A stretch of 64,000 bases of DNA from Eledone cirrhosa. Lineage: Eukaryota. A program made the position numbers and the translations under genes. The stretch spans positions 17,360,001-17,424,000 of the forward strand of contig OZ024755.1 of NCBI GenBank assembly GCA_964016885.1, in the 5' to 3' direction. The notes beneath the pieces are model-generated. The model was not told the origin of the DNA and did not search any database. It saw nothing but the letters and a program-made list of their open reading frames with translations. Shown piece by piece: positions 25,433 to 39,172 of the stretch. Within the stretch, counting starts at the first letter, position 1, and each line of letters begins with the position of its first letter.

Positions 25433-25747
25433 AAAATTCTAGAAGATATAGAAAACCAGAAGAGAAAATCAGAAGAGTTATTGCAATTATTACCAAGTCA
25501 GATGCAGAACGCCAACTACAGAAGTTCTCAGCATTCATCATTAATGTGTGAAATTGAAGAATTATACAAGTCGGCTAAAGAACACCATAGTTGGTTATTG
25601 AAGGCCGTCAAAGAGAAAGAAGAGAATGATAAAGAGATAAAACATGTAAACGCAGCTCTGACCTCTGTACAGAGCAAGTTATTTGATACTTACAACAACA
25701 CATCAGTGGATATTAACATTTTACAAAGAGAACAGCAAGAATATGCG
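25433..25747 (+). CDS. Spectrin-repeat gene exon (105 aa)
   Basis: Poly-T plus catAG|AAA acceptor and GCG|GTAAAT donor. Encodes KILEDIENQKRKSEELLQLL...LQREQQEYA. Confidence 0.88.
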
Positions 25748-26660
25748 GTAAATATATTTATTTTGTTGTTTTGTTTTTACTCACCTTTAATCAAGACTAT
25801 TTTTCACTTTCTATTCTTAAATCCTGAATATATTTTTATTTTCTTACCCGAATTTAATACCTTTTTTTTCTGTAAAAACATGAAATTTATATAATGATCT
25901 TTAGTATGAAAATTAGATTTCTTTAACAAGAAAAAAAAGAAAAAGTTTCTAAGGTTTCTCTTCAAAAATTGTTCTTATTAGATATATTTTCTTTAAAAAC
26001 CTGAAAGATTCTGATTGGTTTTAATTGCTCATAAATAAATTTCAGTAGCTAATACAATCACTAATATTTGAAGAATGTAGTATTGTTGTGTACCAATTAA
26101 ATTCAATTTAGAATATTTTAAAACTGTGTATGTTATATTTTTAAATTGTGTATGTTATAAGGAGAGAGAAAAAACAGCATTTTTGACAGCATATTAAGCA
26201 AGGATAATGCTTAGGTATTGGAAAATGAAAGAAAAATTTTTTTTAAAATGTAGTTTCCTTAACTAATTCTAAATTATTATGGCTTTATCTGTCTGTTAAC
26301 TTATTGAAGGTTCTCAATTTATTTTAAGAGCTATAGTAATAAAAGAAATACTTAAATATATTACTATGTTTTCTTCAAAGCTTCAGTCAGTATTTACTCT
26401 GATATTTAAATGTATAGATGTTAGTTAGATTCTGTATCTTATAGCTGCATTGAAACACATAAACGACATATGTATGTGAAAGTTAGTTAGAAAGTTGCAG
26501 AACTTAGAAACTGAATGAAAGATTAGTAACATTTATAGGGAATTTCAATAATTTCAATGTAACAAGATCATGTAATAGTACAGCTATGTAGATACTATAT
26601 GTATTAAAGTGCATATTACTGCTAAACAAGCAGAATAGATACTGCATATATATTTTGTTC

Positions 26661-26705
<45 letters not shown>

Positions 26706-27012
26706 GTATATATATGTGTGTGTGTGTCATCATCATTTTACGTCCATTCTTCCATGCTAGCATGGGTTAGGCGTGTTGTCCTGTTGTGGGCAATGCCAGG
26801 TAAGGTGACCATGTCTTGGTCATACGGAACTGATTTTGGCTTTATTTCTACAGCTGGATGCCCTTCCTAACCCCAACCTCATTTACAGTGAGTGCAGGGT
26901 GCTTTATTTACCGTGGCACCTACACAACCACTTTACAGCGTGGACTGGATGATTTTTGTTGTGACACCTAGACGACCACTTTACAGTAGGAGGGAGGTGG
27001 GGACACACTGTC

Positions 27013-27061
<49 letters not shown>

Positions 27062-29867
27062 CACACACACACACATGCAACAGGCTTCCCCACAGTCTCT
27101 ATTGATCATATTTCCCTCTCAAGACAGTGTGATCAAATCCAGAACTGTGTAGTTACAAAAGAAACCTCTTAACCAGATAGACCTTCCTGGTGCCTGTGTA
27201 AGAAATCAATGCGTGTCAAAAGTCTGCTATAATTGATGTTAAAAGTAAATTAGTAAAAGTCGCAGAATATTAGTGTGAACACTAATCAGTTGAGCTGATG
27301 ATGATGATGATGATGATGGCTCCCTTCTGTCTCGATAGACAGCCATAAATCAGCATAAAAGAGTCTTCCAATAACTTGCGGCAGAGAAATGTCTTGTCAA
27401 AACAAATGTTCCACTTCTAAATTTTTTATATGATGCTTGAACCAGTATAAGACCTGTTATTTGTGTGAGAAACAATAACATTAGCAATGGTTACTTCTTC
27501 CTCTTGTCCTTTGCCCACTTATTACTGAGAGGGTCATGGAAGGCAAGTCCTCAAGTACTCTTTCCAACAGGTACTGTCAGAAAGAACTATCTCCAATTGA
27601 TCTGGTTGGATTCCCAAGCATCACCAGCCAAGCTCATGGATGTTATCCAACCATCTTGCTTGGAGTCTTCTACCACTGGGTCTCCTACTACTTGGTTTTG
27701 CCCATACGAACTGTCCTGAGACATCCTAACCACATGTGATTACCAATGGTTACTTTTAGTTAAGATATATTTATATCATCCATTGAATTAACTACTATTA
27801 ATAATTGTGTATTAAGATCTATCTATATTAGAATTAGATGCTATGTCTTCTACAGCATAGAAATCACTTCAGCATGATATTTTGGCATTCTAGTCTTTAT
27901 AACTTTAAACCATCTTTCCTCAACAACTCTTCATTACAATATATACTCGTATAGAAGCCAATTCAAATATGAGCTGACTCCCCTATTTTATGTCTAAGAA
28001 GTAGGTGAAAATCCAAACCCTGTTGATAAACTGGTGTAGCTAATCATCACATTGTTTAGATGATGTATATAAGCCAACTTCCCATTTTACCATCGATTTC
28101 TTGGTCACATTTTCCTTGGCATATATTCAAGTATATACAGTAATTAACCCTCATTGCTACAGGTTATTAACTAATAAACCAAGACTATATATTTCTGTGT
28201 ACCACTGGAGAAAATGCATGCAAACACATTGTGTTTGAAGTGAATTGGTTTCTATTTTCCTTTATGTGTTGTCGGTATGTTTAATCCTGATTTCTATATT
28301 CACAATCTCTTCCTGTTATTGCATGTATAAATTGTAAGTTAATAAGTTATTAACATTTGTTGTAAATATCCTTGTTGCAATTATTGTCATTGCTTTTCCT
28401 TTAGCCATACCATGGCCCTACAATTCCCTCAAGAGTTATGGAACTACACATACATTCTTATATACACACACAACACACATACACACACATACATAATGGC
28501 TGCCCCTCAATATCGAGTATGACCATTGCACGATATAACGTTATTAAAAATTATCAATTAATGCTATCGTGCAATGCCTGTGTGCGAAGATTATTTTTAA
28601 AGTGAGGAAAGACTGTGCATTGAGCCAATCCCACTCTCTGAGCGACAATAGCTATAACCCAAAAAGAAGAAAAGATCAACATCATCGGTAACTACTGAGC
28701 CGCAGGTTTTATATTGGAGTTATCTCAGTTTCCTGAGTTGCCTTCTCCTAGAAGAATGCCCTGACAAAAGCTAGGGGTCTTTCACTCCCAGTGGTTTAAC
28801 CGCATGGTCGGGTATCCAGCCTGATTATTTCTATGTCCCCCATGCATACATACATACATACATACATATACACACACATGGTTTATTGATTTTTTATATA
28901 TGGATTATAAAGATGCTAATAAAGAGTAAGAATTTTTAATTAAAATCTAGAATTTCAACTTTACTATAATAATTAAATTTAAAACCTCTTTAGCATCTTC
29001 TCTAATCGACTTCTTCACTCTATTGTAAGTAACAAAAGTTGTGATTTACACTATAAAGGATCTCAAGATTTGTTATAAGATTTGTAAAAACACGCTGCAG
29101 ATTCAACATTGCTATTGTTCTCATTAATTCTTATTTATTTTATAACTGTCTTCTTTCTCTTTATCTATTTCTCTAATCGCTATGATATTTCTAGTTTTAA
29201 TTACATTCCCTCATATCTTGAAGTATCTATGTGGGAATCTTATAAATATAATACACAAAGATATATAATCAAAAGGAGAAAACAAAAAACGAAAACAATC
29301 CTCCATTAATTCCACACTATATGCGTCAGTTACAAATGGTCATCAGAAATTTTTGAGGCAAGCCAACATGCTTGCAGCTTTACTGCAGGTGATGGCAAGG
29401 CTAAGATTCTGTAGTTGGTATCTCTCATGGCTGAAGAAGATGATGTCCATTTGGCAGTGGCGGCTGATATGTTTTTATATTGACTTCATTGTTTATTTCA
29501 CCAGCTACAAGACATAGCTTGAGATTATAATATGATCCAATGGTAAAGCAGATAAAAATGGCTGGTGGACGTTTGTCCAGTGGTTGAGAAAGCAAAGTCT
29601 CTCTCTCTCTCTATCTCTATCTCCCTCTCTCCTCCTCACACATTTACAAATGTATATATATATATATATATACATACACATATATATAGATAGATATACA
29701 TATAATATATAATATATATATATACATATGTATGTATATATATATGTATATTAGAGACATTGCTTTGTATAGTTGCTGTTAACACTGACTAATGAATCAT
29801 AGATGTGGTTGTTTTATATTTAGCATGCTTTCATATTTCATATCACAAATAACCAAATTGTTTTCAG

Positions 29868-30626
29868 GCTCTAGCAGCGCAAATAAGATCCAACCAAGCA
29901 CGACTGAATGAAATTAATAGAAGAAATAAAGAATTTTCTAAGAAAGCTAATTTTCGTAAATCGTCAGCTAATTACAATATGTCCCCAGCAGCCTTAATTC
30001 CATCTACCAGTGAACCACAAATGTCTACACTGAATAATTCTGAAGACTCCAAGTTATACGATAGTGGTGTATTTCTCTCAACAAGTGACATAATGTCCCC
30101 AAACTTTTGCTCATTTAGTGTTTCGACTCCCTTAAACTTTTGTTCATCAGGTGCTTCAACTCCTGAAACACCCTTATCTTTCGGTGCATTTATGTCAAAA
30201 GGATCAGATTATTCCAAACCATTGAATTTCCCTGTCAGGAAAATGTTTCCAGACAAGCTTGATTCTCAGAACAATGAATATTTCACTTTCAATTTCGATG
30301 AAAGAATAACAGAGAGATTTCCAACACCAACAACAAAGATATCAGCTTCTTCTGCAGAAAGTTCAAAGTCACGAAATTTCATAAAAAATGATACAAGATC
30401 ATTTGGATCTGCTCCAAAATTAATAACATTTCCAAGTAATCTGTGTAGTACGCCATTAACTAATTCCTGCATAATATCTGATAATAATTCAGCTCCTATT
30501 CTAAGAAACTATGAATCAAACACTAATCATTTCCAATGGTCCAGTAATCAACAGCTACCTGGGGCATTAATTAGTGTCTCCCCAAGACCTCTTTCTCTAC
30601 AATACCAATTAGAAACAAAGAATATG
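29868..30626 (+). CDS. Spectrin-repeat gene exon (253 aa): short helical segment followed by a long Ser/Thr/Pro-rich linker
   Basis: ttttcAG|GCT acceptor in frame with ORF 29979..30656, and ATG|GTAACT donor. Begins ALAAQIRSNQARLNEINRRNKEF (helix-B-like), then low-complexity sequence. Confidence 0.8.
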
Positions 30627-31004
30627 GTAACTATTCACTACAACCACTCACAATAACTTATCACTAACAACTGTTGGTTCTTATGAATTCGCTTTTTTTT
30701 CACTACTAACAGAAGTGTTGGGATTTCTTAAAGTAACCTGCCTATAAAATTTTTCTTTGGCTTTGTAACATTATTTATGTCAACAAATGATTTATGTTCT
30801 TTGGTGTATAGTGTGTTTGTGTGTGTGTTTGTCTGTGTGTCTCTGTCTGCATGCAGGTGTGTGTGTGTCGGTGTGTGTGTGTGTGTCTGTGACTGTGAAT
30901 CAATGCGTCTGTGAGTGTGTATGCAGGTGTGTGTGTGTTTGTGAGTGTGAATGCATGCATGTGTGTACATATGTGTATCTGTGTGCATTGGATCTCTATT
31001 GATT

Positions 31005-31165
31005 CTGATAATGAGTGATCCAGTTGATTTGATCAATGGAGCATCCTGCTCATGAAATTAATATGCAAGTGGCTGAGCATTCCACAAACATGCGTAAACA
31101 TGACATAGTTCTCAGGACAATTCAACATGATACGGGGTGGGACAAGGCTGGCCCTTCTAATCACA
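31005..31165. repeat. Interspersed repeat family D (probable old SINE fragment)
   Basis: tgatccagttgat..cctgctcatgaaattaa..caagtggctgag..ttccaca..acaaggctg is repeated at ~49957-50110. Confidence 0.55.
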
Positions 31166-31323
31166 GATAGAACTTCTTTTAATTCTCTCTTTTTGTGAAA
31201 TTGCTAGTTTTTTATATTCCTTATCTGAGAATACTTCAGCAGTTTCTCAGGGACATAGAGTTTCACACCCGAAGCACTCTTCAACCTGAGATTCTAAGGA
31301 AGGAGAAATATATTCATAGAAAC

Positions 31324-31875
31324 ATCATCATCATCATCATCATCATCACCGTTTTACGTCCGTTCTTCCACGCTAGCATGGGTTAGACGGGTTGTCCTGT
31401 TGTGGGCAGTGTCTGGTCGGCTGACCATGCCTTGCTCATACAGGAACTGATCTGGCTTGATTTCTACAGCTCGATGCCCTTCCTAACACCAACCTCATTT
31501 ACAGTGAGTGCTGGGTGCTTTTTCGTGGCGCCTACACGTCCACTTTACAGTGAGTGCTGGGTGCTTTTTCGTGGCGCCTACACGTCCACTTTACAGTGAG
31601 TGCTGGGTGCTTTTTCGTGGCGCCTACACGTCCACTTTACAGTGAGTGCTGGGTGCTTTTTCGTGGCGCCTACACGTCCACTTTACAGTGTGGGCTGGGT
31701 GATTTTTTGCCGTGGCACCTCCACGACCACCTTGCGGTGTGGGGGGGGGCATATTGTTTATATGCTTCAGCATATACCCATGGGAGGTCGGGTACCCTGT
31801 ATTACTGCGTGACGCCAGAAGTCACGGTCGTGTGTCATTGACTTTGAGAGGTGTAGTTGGGTAAGGTCGGCTTTT
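31324..31875 (-). mobile_element. RTE family 1, 3' end with expanded 46-bp UTR repeat
   Basis: Matches 17046-17460. The unit tttacagtgagtgctgggtgctttttcgtggcgcctacacgtccac is present four times versus once at 14091 and 17046. Confidence 0.9.
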
Positions 31876-32732
31876 AAACATGTCTATAGAAATAAATAGA
31901 ATGTTCTCAGAAAGACAATTTGAGGAAATAATTTTTAAACATAGTTGTGGTCGAACATTTGTATGTGTGAGTATATATATATATATATGTGTGTGTGTGT
32001 ATATACATATAGTTTTTTTTCATACACATATATATGTGTGTATGTGCACATAAAATTTCCTTTTGTGTGTGTATATATATATATATATATTCGCACACAC
32101 GCATACACATATATAATTATATATAAGTAAACTTTATATGTACACACTCTTGTACATATATTTTATTTCATGTTCACTAACTACTATAACAATGAATCTT
32201 TAAATTTATGTACTATAATCACATGATTTTAATGGGGGGTTTTTAGGTTCTATTGATTTTCATAACAATACCATATATACGTCCAACTTCTTTTATTTTT
32301 TTTCATCTCAATTTCTATTTGAAAAATGCTTTGGTATGAAACTGTAGGTATCTGAGTAACTTGTATTGTATTCTTAGCAAATATAAAAGATTAAAGCAAT
32401 GATAACGCTGATGCCATGGTAAAATGCACTCACCATACTCTGTAGAGTGGTAGCATAGGTGCAGGAATTAAAAGCCCCCATTCCATCCTAGTCTATGTAT
32501 GATAAATTGATTCTTTCCCACAAACTATTACTTTGGAAATAACAGTAAATACTCATTAACCCTACTGTGTTGCTGCCATTAGTAACAGTGCTAAGTATAC
32601 CTAGCTGTGGCACCTATTAAACCTTTAGTATTTAAACCGGCTGTATCCAGCCAGAGTTCTCTCACCTCTTTCTATTCAAATCAGCCATAACCGGCTGCTA
32701 AAACTTATTTTAAGGTATTGTTCTCAAAATAA

Positions 32733-33637
32733 ATAATTGTTTCTACTGTTGGCACAAGGCCAGCAATTACCCCAGTGCATTACTGGTACTTTATTTTATC
32801 GACCCCGTAAGGATGAAAGGCAAAGTTAACCTCGGCGGGATTTGAACTCAGAACGTAAAGGGCCGTAACTCTATGCCACAAAGTATCTCCGACGTTCTAC
32901 CGTTATTGCCAATCCACTACCCTTACCACCCTTTTAATAAAATCCATAATAATTGTTTCTATTTTTGCCACAAGGGCAGCAATTACCCCAATGTATTACT
33001 GGTACTTCATTTTATCGACCCCCCGTAAGGATGAAAGGCAAAGTTAACCTCGGCGGGATTTGAACTCAGAATGGCAAGGGCCGTAACTCTATGCGTCAAA
33101 GAGACATAACTACGCTAGAAAGCATGGCGTCTGACCTTCTACCGATACTGCCAAAATGTTATATATATATTTATTTATTTATTTATTACATTATATTATA
33201 TTAGCATATATAGTTCAATATTTTTCACTGAACAACAGACATTGATCAATATGAATTTACTTCTCAATGATAATGATAATAATAATAATAATAATAATAA
33301 TAATTGTTTCTACGTTAGGCACACGGCCAGCAATTACCCAGTGCATTACTGGTACTTTATTTTATCGACCCCGTAAGGATGAAAGGCAAAGTTAACCTTG
33401 GCGGGATTTGAACTCAGAATGGCAAGGACCGTAACTCTATGCGTCAAAGCATGGCGTCTGACCCTCTACCGATACTGCCAATCCCCAGATAATAATAATA
33501 ATAATAATAATAATAATTGTTTCTACGTTAGGCACAAGGCCAGCAATTACCCAGTGCATTACTGGTACTTTATTTTATCGACCCCGTAAGGATGAAAGGC
33601 AAAGTTAACCTCGGCGGGATTTGAACTCAGAATGGCA
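32733..33637 (-). mobile_element. Tandem cluster of four SINE family A copies
   Basis: Copies at ~32733, 32950, 33300 and 33515, all minus strand; the later copies are preceded by (AAT)n. Confidence 0.85.
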
Positions 33638-33695
33638 ATAATAATAATAATAATGATGATGATGATGATGATGATGATGATAGTAGTAGTAGTTG

Positions 33696-36600
33696 TGGTG
33701 CCATTGTTATGTTAATAATATTGCCTGCATTTTGCGTGTTTACACATGATTGAGTTGATTTAAGGTGCTTACTAGTTCAATATAACAGCTTGGTCATTCA
33801 GTCGAATAAAACTTCTGAATGTACAGAATTGCATGCAACTATGACTATATTTGGATATAACATTGTAAAACATGACAATGGTGTCACCAAGTAATAGGGA
33901 TGAACTTTAACTCTGTGATCCAGATATGAAAGAATCTTGGCTCTTGCTTTTTTTTTTTTTGCTATTACAGCAAAAATAAAAAATAAAACGTTCAGGACAA
34001 TAATGATTTTCAAAAATAACAAATAAGAGATTCATTTTTTATTCTTTCTATCTGGAGCAGGTATAATAATGGCCAATGAAAATGTTTTATTAATGGTAAA
34101 ACTGCAGGAACTTAAAACCAGAATTTTTTAGCAGCATAAGATCTGTGATAACATCACTTCATCTCCAAAATAAATTAGTAATTGCTGAAACGATCAGATT
34201 CTTATCACACAACATGAAAAATATGAGTGAATTTGTTCCATGTTATTCTCAAAGATTACATGTGTCAGCTTGTTTTGGGGAAGTTAAAAAAACATTTTTA
34301 GCTAAAAGGAAGAGGACAAAAGACGAGTTGATTCAAATGAGATTCACAGGCAGCATGCAGTCATTTGAGTATAATGTGAAATCATTAAAATATCTCCAAC
34401 GAGGGGATCTGATGCTTAATTTATGCATTGAATTCATTTAACAACTTGAAATCATTTCTGAATTTCAAATAACTGAATAAAAGAAATAGAAAAAGAATAA
34501 TGATCTTGGTGATGTCACATGTAGACAGAAACAAGTATAAATCTAATTATAAATACTGCTTTTGTGAATATAAGCATGCAACATGGAAATATCCTGCAGT
34601 TAGTAAAACATGCATTAAATGCAGAAAAAAAAAACAAATCACTGTAAGGCAGTATGTAAATCTATTTAAAAAAAGAGGTTTGAGGAAATAAGGAATATTT
34701 TGAAAGTGTTTATGCAATTGACATAAAAAAGATTCTACAATTCAGTTGGAAACTCAATAATGATAACTTTAAAATGCAAATTGACACCAGCCATCAGGTA
34801 ATTGTAACACCTTGGAAATTTTTTGGGGGATGGATTTGAATAAACGAACAAACTTAAAATTAAGAAAGTGTGATCTCAAACTAAAACAATTTTGTGAATC
34901 ATTCGAATTTTTGCGAGAAATTTGATGCATTAATGGAAACTGATAAGATAATAGAGTTTTTGAATGTAACTGTTGCTGAATGGAAGAAAAATAATACAGG
35001 AAATAAAACAAATAACATAAAAAAAACGGACATGTTCAGTTTTGAAATGATGAATGTTGATAGTTCAACATTAATTCTGGGAAATGTAGCTTCGGGGCAA
35101 TTTGGAGATTAAGAGGTTTTAAGACTGACATTCTTCTCAAAGGAAATATCATGCATGTTATTTTCAGATAAAACTATTGCCAATACACATTATATCATTA
35201 GTCATAGCAAATCTTGGCAAAAAAGCAACAACAAAAATCCCAAGAGGGGCAGTAAATGGGCTTTTCGTTTCATGGTTGTGCAAAATAAAATTTGAGATCC
35301 CAGAATTATGTAAAGATTATAAAGTAGGTGTAAATGAAAAATATTTGTTCAGATTCTTATCCAGTTCCAAATACTGGATCGATATTTCATTCTCTTTCTG
35401 GCATGATTTACTTCACTAAATTGGATTTGAAGAGGCCATATCATCAGATGTGTGTTCAGAAGTAATAAGAAAAGTTATTACAATAAATATACCAATGGGT
35501 GTTTTTAATATGGGCAGCATGTCTTCCATATTGAATTGAAACAGCCAATGCTTTGTTTCAGAAATCAACATGCTAGAAATATCATTGCTAATGTTATAGT
35601 TTATCAAGGTGATTTATATGTATTGGTGCTAAAACTGTTGAAAATTTGCGTATCAAGGTAGATAAGATCATAAAAATGTTGGAATTATCTGAAATGGTAA
35701 TAATTGAGCTAAAATCTGTATTAGAAACTGGTAGATTGCCTTTAGCATGGATTATAGAATGGCAAAGGCAAATATATCACCAAATCATCATTTTGTAGTG
35801 AGAATTATCATTGTAACATTACCAAAGGCACAAGAAGCAATTGGAATATTTTCTCAGACATGTTAATTTCCATGGAACATTATATTGATCATTATTCAGA
35901 GTGCATATAACTGTTTACTTCACTTTGTAAAAGTGATCTCCCATTTTGATGAGGCCTTCAACAACTAAAAGCATTTGAGCATATAAAGCTTCTGTTAGTA
36001 GGGTTAAATTTATGATACCATGCACGTGAGAAGGTTATATTGAGGATACTTTCACAAGATAACCACCATCTTGTATTATACTTGTCAAGGATATTAGCTA
36101 CAGCTGAAATAAAGATTCTCAAGTATTGAAATAGAAGCCTTGGCAATTATATGGCATTTTCTGCTTGACCGAAAATTTAAATTAGTCTCAGATAATAAAG
36201 CCACAAGAATATAGTTTGAACAAAAATAGTAGTTTACTAGAAGTAACATCTGGATGTAGGTGTGATGGGCTCTACAAATAATATTTCCTCTAGCTTATCA
36301 GAAGTAGGACGATTTAAGACTAAAGAAAAAGAAACAGTTTGGCAGATATTAAGAACTATCTTTACAGAGCTTCCATTACAATTTGGGGATTGGGAGAGGA
36401 CTTAAATATAGTTACTGTATATGTGTATGATTAATATTAGCTCAGGTTTTTTTATCACCATTATGAGACTAAGAAAGAAATTAAAAACATGATCATACTA
36501 ACATATTTAGAGTCAATAGAAAATCAGTGTAGTAAAAACCTCAGCACAAGTATATTGAAACTAATTATTGGAGGGGCTTAAACCCCAAAAGCCCCTTAGT

Positions 36601-37408
36601 ATCACAAAACTTGCTTTACCAGAAAAGATGTACCACAAAAGTTAGTAATCTGATTATTCCTGTGGATTTCATGATAATGAATTGTGTGTACTTAGACTTG
36701 ATAAGATTTGATATAAACCTATGAAAAGGCATCCACACCATCCAAAATCAAATGGAATTGTTAAAAAACTGATAGCAATGGTTAAAAATAAGCTCAAAAA
36801 CATATTTACAAAGCAAAGCTTCTTCTATTCATGCATATCTGAGTCACATGCTTTTGAATGAAGATATTTCCATTCATCTGCTTTGATTGGCAGACAAATA
36901 CGACCACCAATAACATAACAATGTTCTATGAAATTGGAGATTCATATTGATATCCGTGCAGAAAAATCAATGAACCTCACAAGCTAGATTTATATTTCAA
37001 GCTGGTAATAATAAAACTAGGATTCTTAAGGGTGGACAAGCAACAAGGTATATTAACTGATGCAGATCAAATAAACAATGGCAATATAGAATCAGTCAAG
37101 TCTCTTGAACTTCTAGACTTTATTAATATTTTGATTTGACAACCAATACAGGAATAAATATTACAAATATTGCTGGACACAACACTTGAATAACAAAAAT
37201 AATGAAACCAAAATCATCATTTCCAGAGAAAGAAAGAAAAAATGTTGTCATTGATATGCAAATATCATTGTACATCGTATGCTTTCTGCATGCACGTGAT
37301 TGTGTCGTTTTTAAGATGGTTGCCAGTTTGATGTACTGACTTAGTAATTCAGTCCAATGTAAAGGATTGCATGTGACTCTATTTCGATAAATGTGTTATG
37401 ACATGACA
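33696..37408 (+). mobile_element. Ancient full-length Ty3/Gypsy LTR retrotransposon (pseudogenised)
   Basis: Two diverged LTRs (~33696-33877 and ~37243-37408, both ending acatgaca), PBS-like tggtgtca at 33879, polypurine tract 37225-37242. Relics: gag knuckle (CFCEYKH..YPAVSKTCIKC), RT (YPVPNTGSIFHSLSGMIYFTKLDLKRPYHQ; LPY*IETANALFQ), RNase H (YLSRILATAE..IEIEALAIIW) and integrase (PHHPKSNGIV). Confidence 0.85.
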
Positions 37409-38078
37409 GTAATAATAATGATTTCTAATATAGGCTCAAAGCCAACAATTTTGGTGGAGGGGACAGTCAATTAAATTGAGCCCTTGTGTTACTGGTACTT
37501 TATTTTATCAACCACCTAAGGATGAAAGGCAAAGCTAACCACAGCAGGATTTGAACTCATAATGTAAAGGGTTGAAACTGTATGCCATGAAACAGACTGT
37601 CCAACGCTCTACTGATACTGCCAATCCACTGCCCTTATATAATAATAATAATGATAATAATTGTTTCTACTTTTGGCACAAGGCCAGCAATTATCCCCAA
37701 TGCATTACTGGTACTTTATTTTATCGACCCCTGTAAGGAGGAAAGGCAAAGCTAACCTCGGCAGGATTTGAACTCAGAATGTAAAAGGCCATAACTCGAT
37801 GCTGCCATGGTGTCTGATGGTCTCCCGATACTGCCAATACTTGCCACAAGGAGATACATTATATGGACAACTCATAAAGATGGAATTGGGGGATGGGGAG
37901 AGAATTGATTATGAAAAAAAAAAAAAAAAAAAAGCAGCAGCCATGAAAAACAACAAAAGGAGTGAAATGAGAGTAACTAATATATATATATATATATATA
38001 TAATTGGTGTCGGATGCTTAAAGCGTCCATATGTGGTAGGCCGTATGAGCACTCGATGCCCTCATAGAGCAGAGTTTG

Positions 38079-38375
38079 ATATCACAGAAAAAAGAGAATC
38101 AGTGTTGCGACGAAAGGAATTTATTGGACATATTACAATTGTTTCTCAGGCGCCCAGCTCAAGGCATGATCAATGTGGTGATCAAACCTGACTCTGAAAT
38201 TTCCTATAGGAAAATCTGCTTTGTAGAATCGAGACGTATCCGAGGACCACGCTATTTCAGAGTCAGGTTTGATCACCACATCGATCGTGCCTCGAACTGG
38301 TCGCCCGAGAAACAATTGTAATATGTCCAATAAATTCCTTTCATCACAACACTGATTCTCTTTTTTCTGTGATAT
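38079..38375. repeat. Fold-back inverted repeat 3 (~122-bp arms, ~53-nt spacer)
   Basis: 38079-38200 versus 38254-38375. This also explains the mirror ORFs 38076+ and 38133-. Confidence 0.92.
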
Positions 38376-38792
38376 ATATATATATATATATATAATACAC
38401 CCTATACTGATAAATATTTTTGGATAACATACCATAAAAACATCATAGGATAAGAATATGATTAAGTTGATGACAAGACTAACTAATAGAACATAGTATA
38501 TTATATATTAACAAAGGAAAAAGTGAGATATCGACACCATCTTCATATTATATCATCTCTCTCTCTATATATATATATAAATATAAATGATGATATGATA
38601 AAATATTAATAGTAGATAAAACATCTGTTAAGAGCTGCGTACTAGTAGACTAGCTTGTTTCCCGTTTCATGCCAATAGAATTCACTATTTTTTAGCCTTT
38701 TGCACTGAGTTCAAATTGAGCCAGGAAATAAATGTTTCTAGTTTGAACTCAGTTGTTCTAATAGGCTCATGTCAAAGACTGGTAAAAGACCT

Positions 38793-39060
38793 AGGCCATA
38801 TGTAAAATGTTGTTTCCTAAAGCTGATAAGAGAACTAGCCTGAGTATAAAGTAGCCCACCCTACCTCCAAACACATACAAGCAGATAATAGTCTCAGGCC
38901 AGATGTAAAATGTAGATTCTCAAAGCTGATAAGAGAACTAGCCTGAGTATAAAGTAGCCCACCCTACCTCCAAACACACACAAGCAGATAATAGGCTCAG
39001 GCCAGATGAAAAAGCTGGTAACAAACCTAGCACCACACTCAAACTGATAATAGGCTCAAG
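38793..39060. repeat. 103-bp tandem duplication plus degenerate flanks
   Basis: aggcca..tgtaaaatgt..aaagctgataagagaactagcctgagtataaagtagcccaccctacctccaaacac at 38793 and 38896. Confidence 0.85.
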
Positions 39061-39172
39061 GCATGTGAAATGTTGCAAAGCTAATATGTCTGGACCAGAT
39101 GAAGAATGTAGTTTCCCAATAATAACAGGCCCAGGCCTGATGTGAAATATAGCCCATTTTAACCCATTTTAA

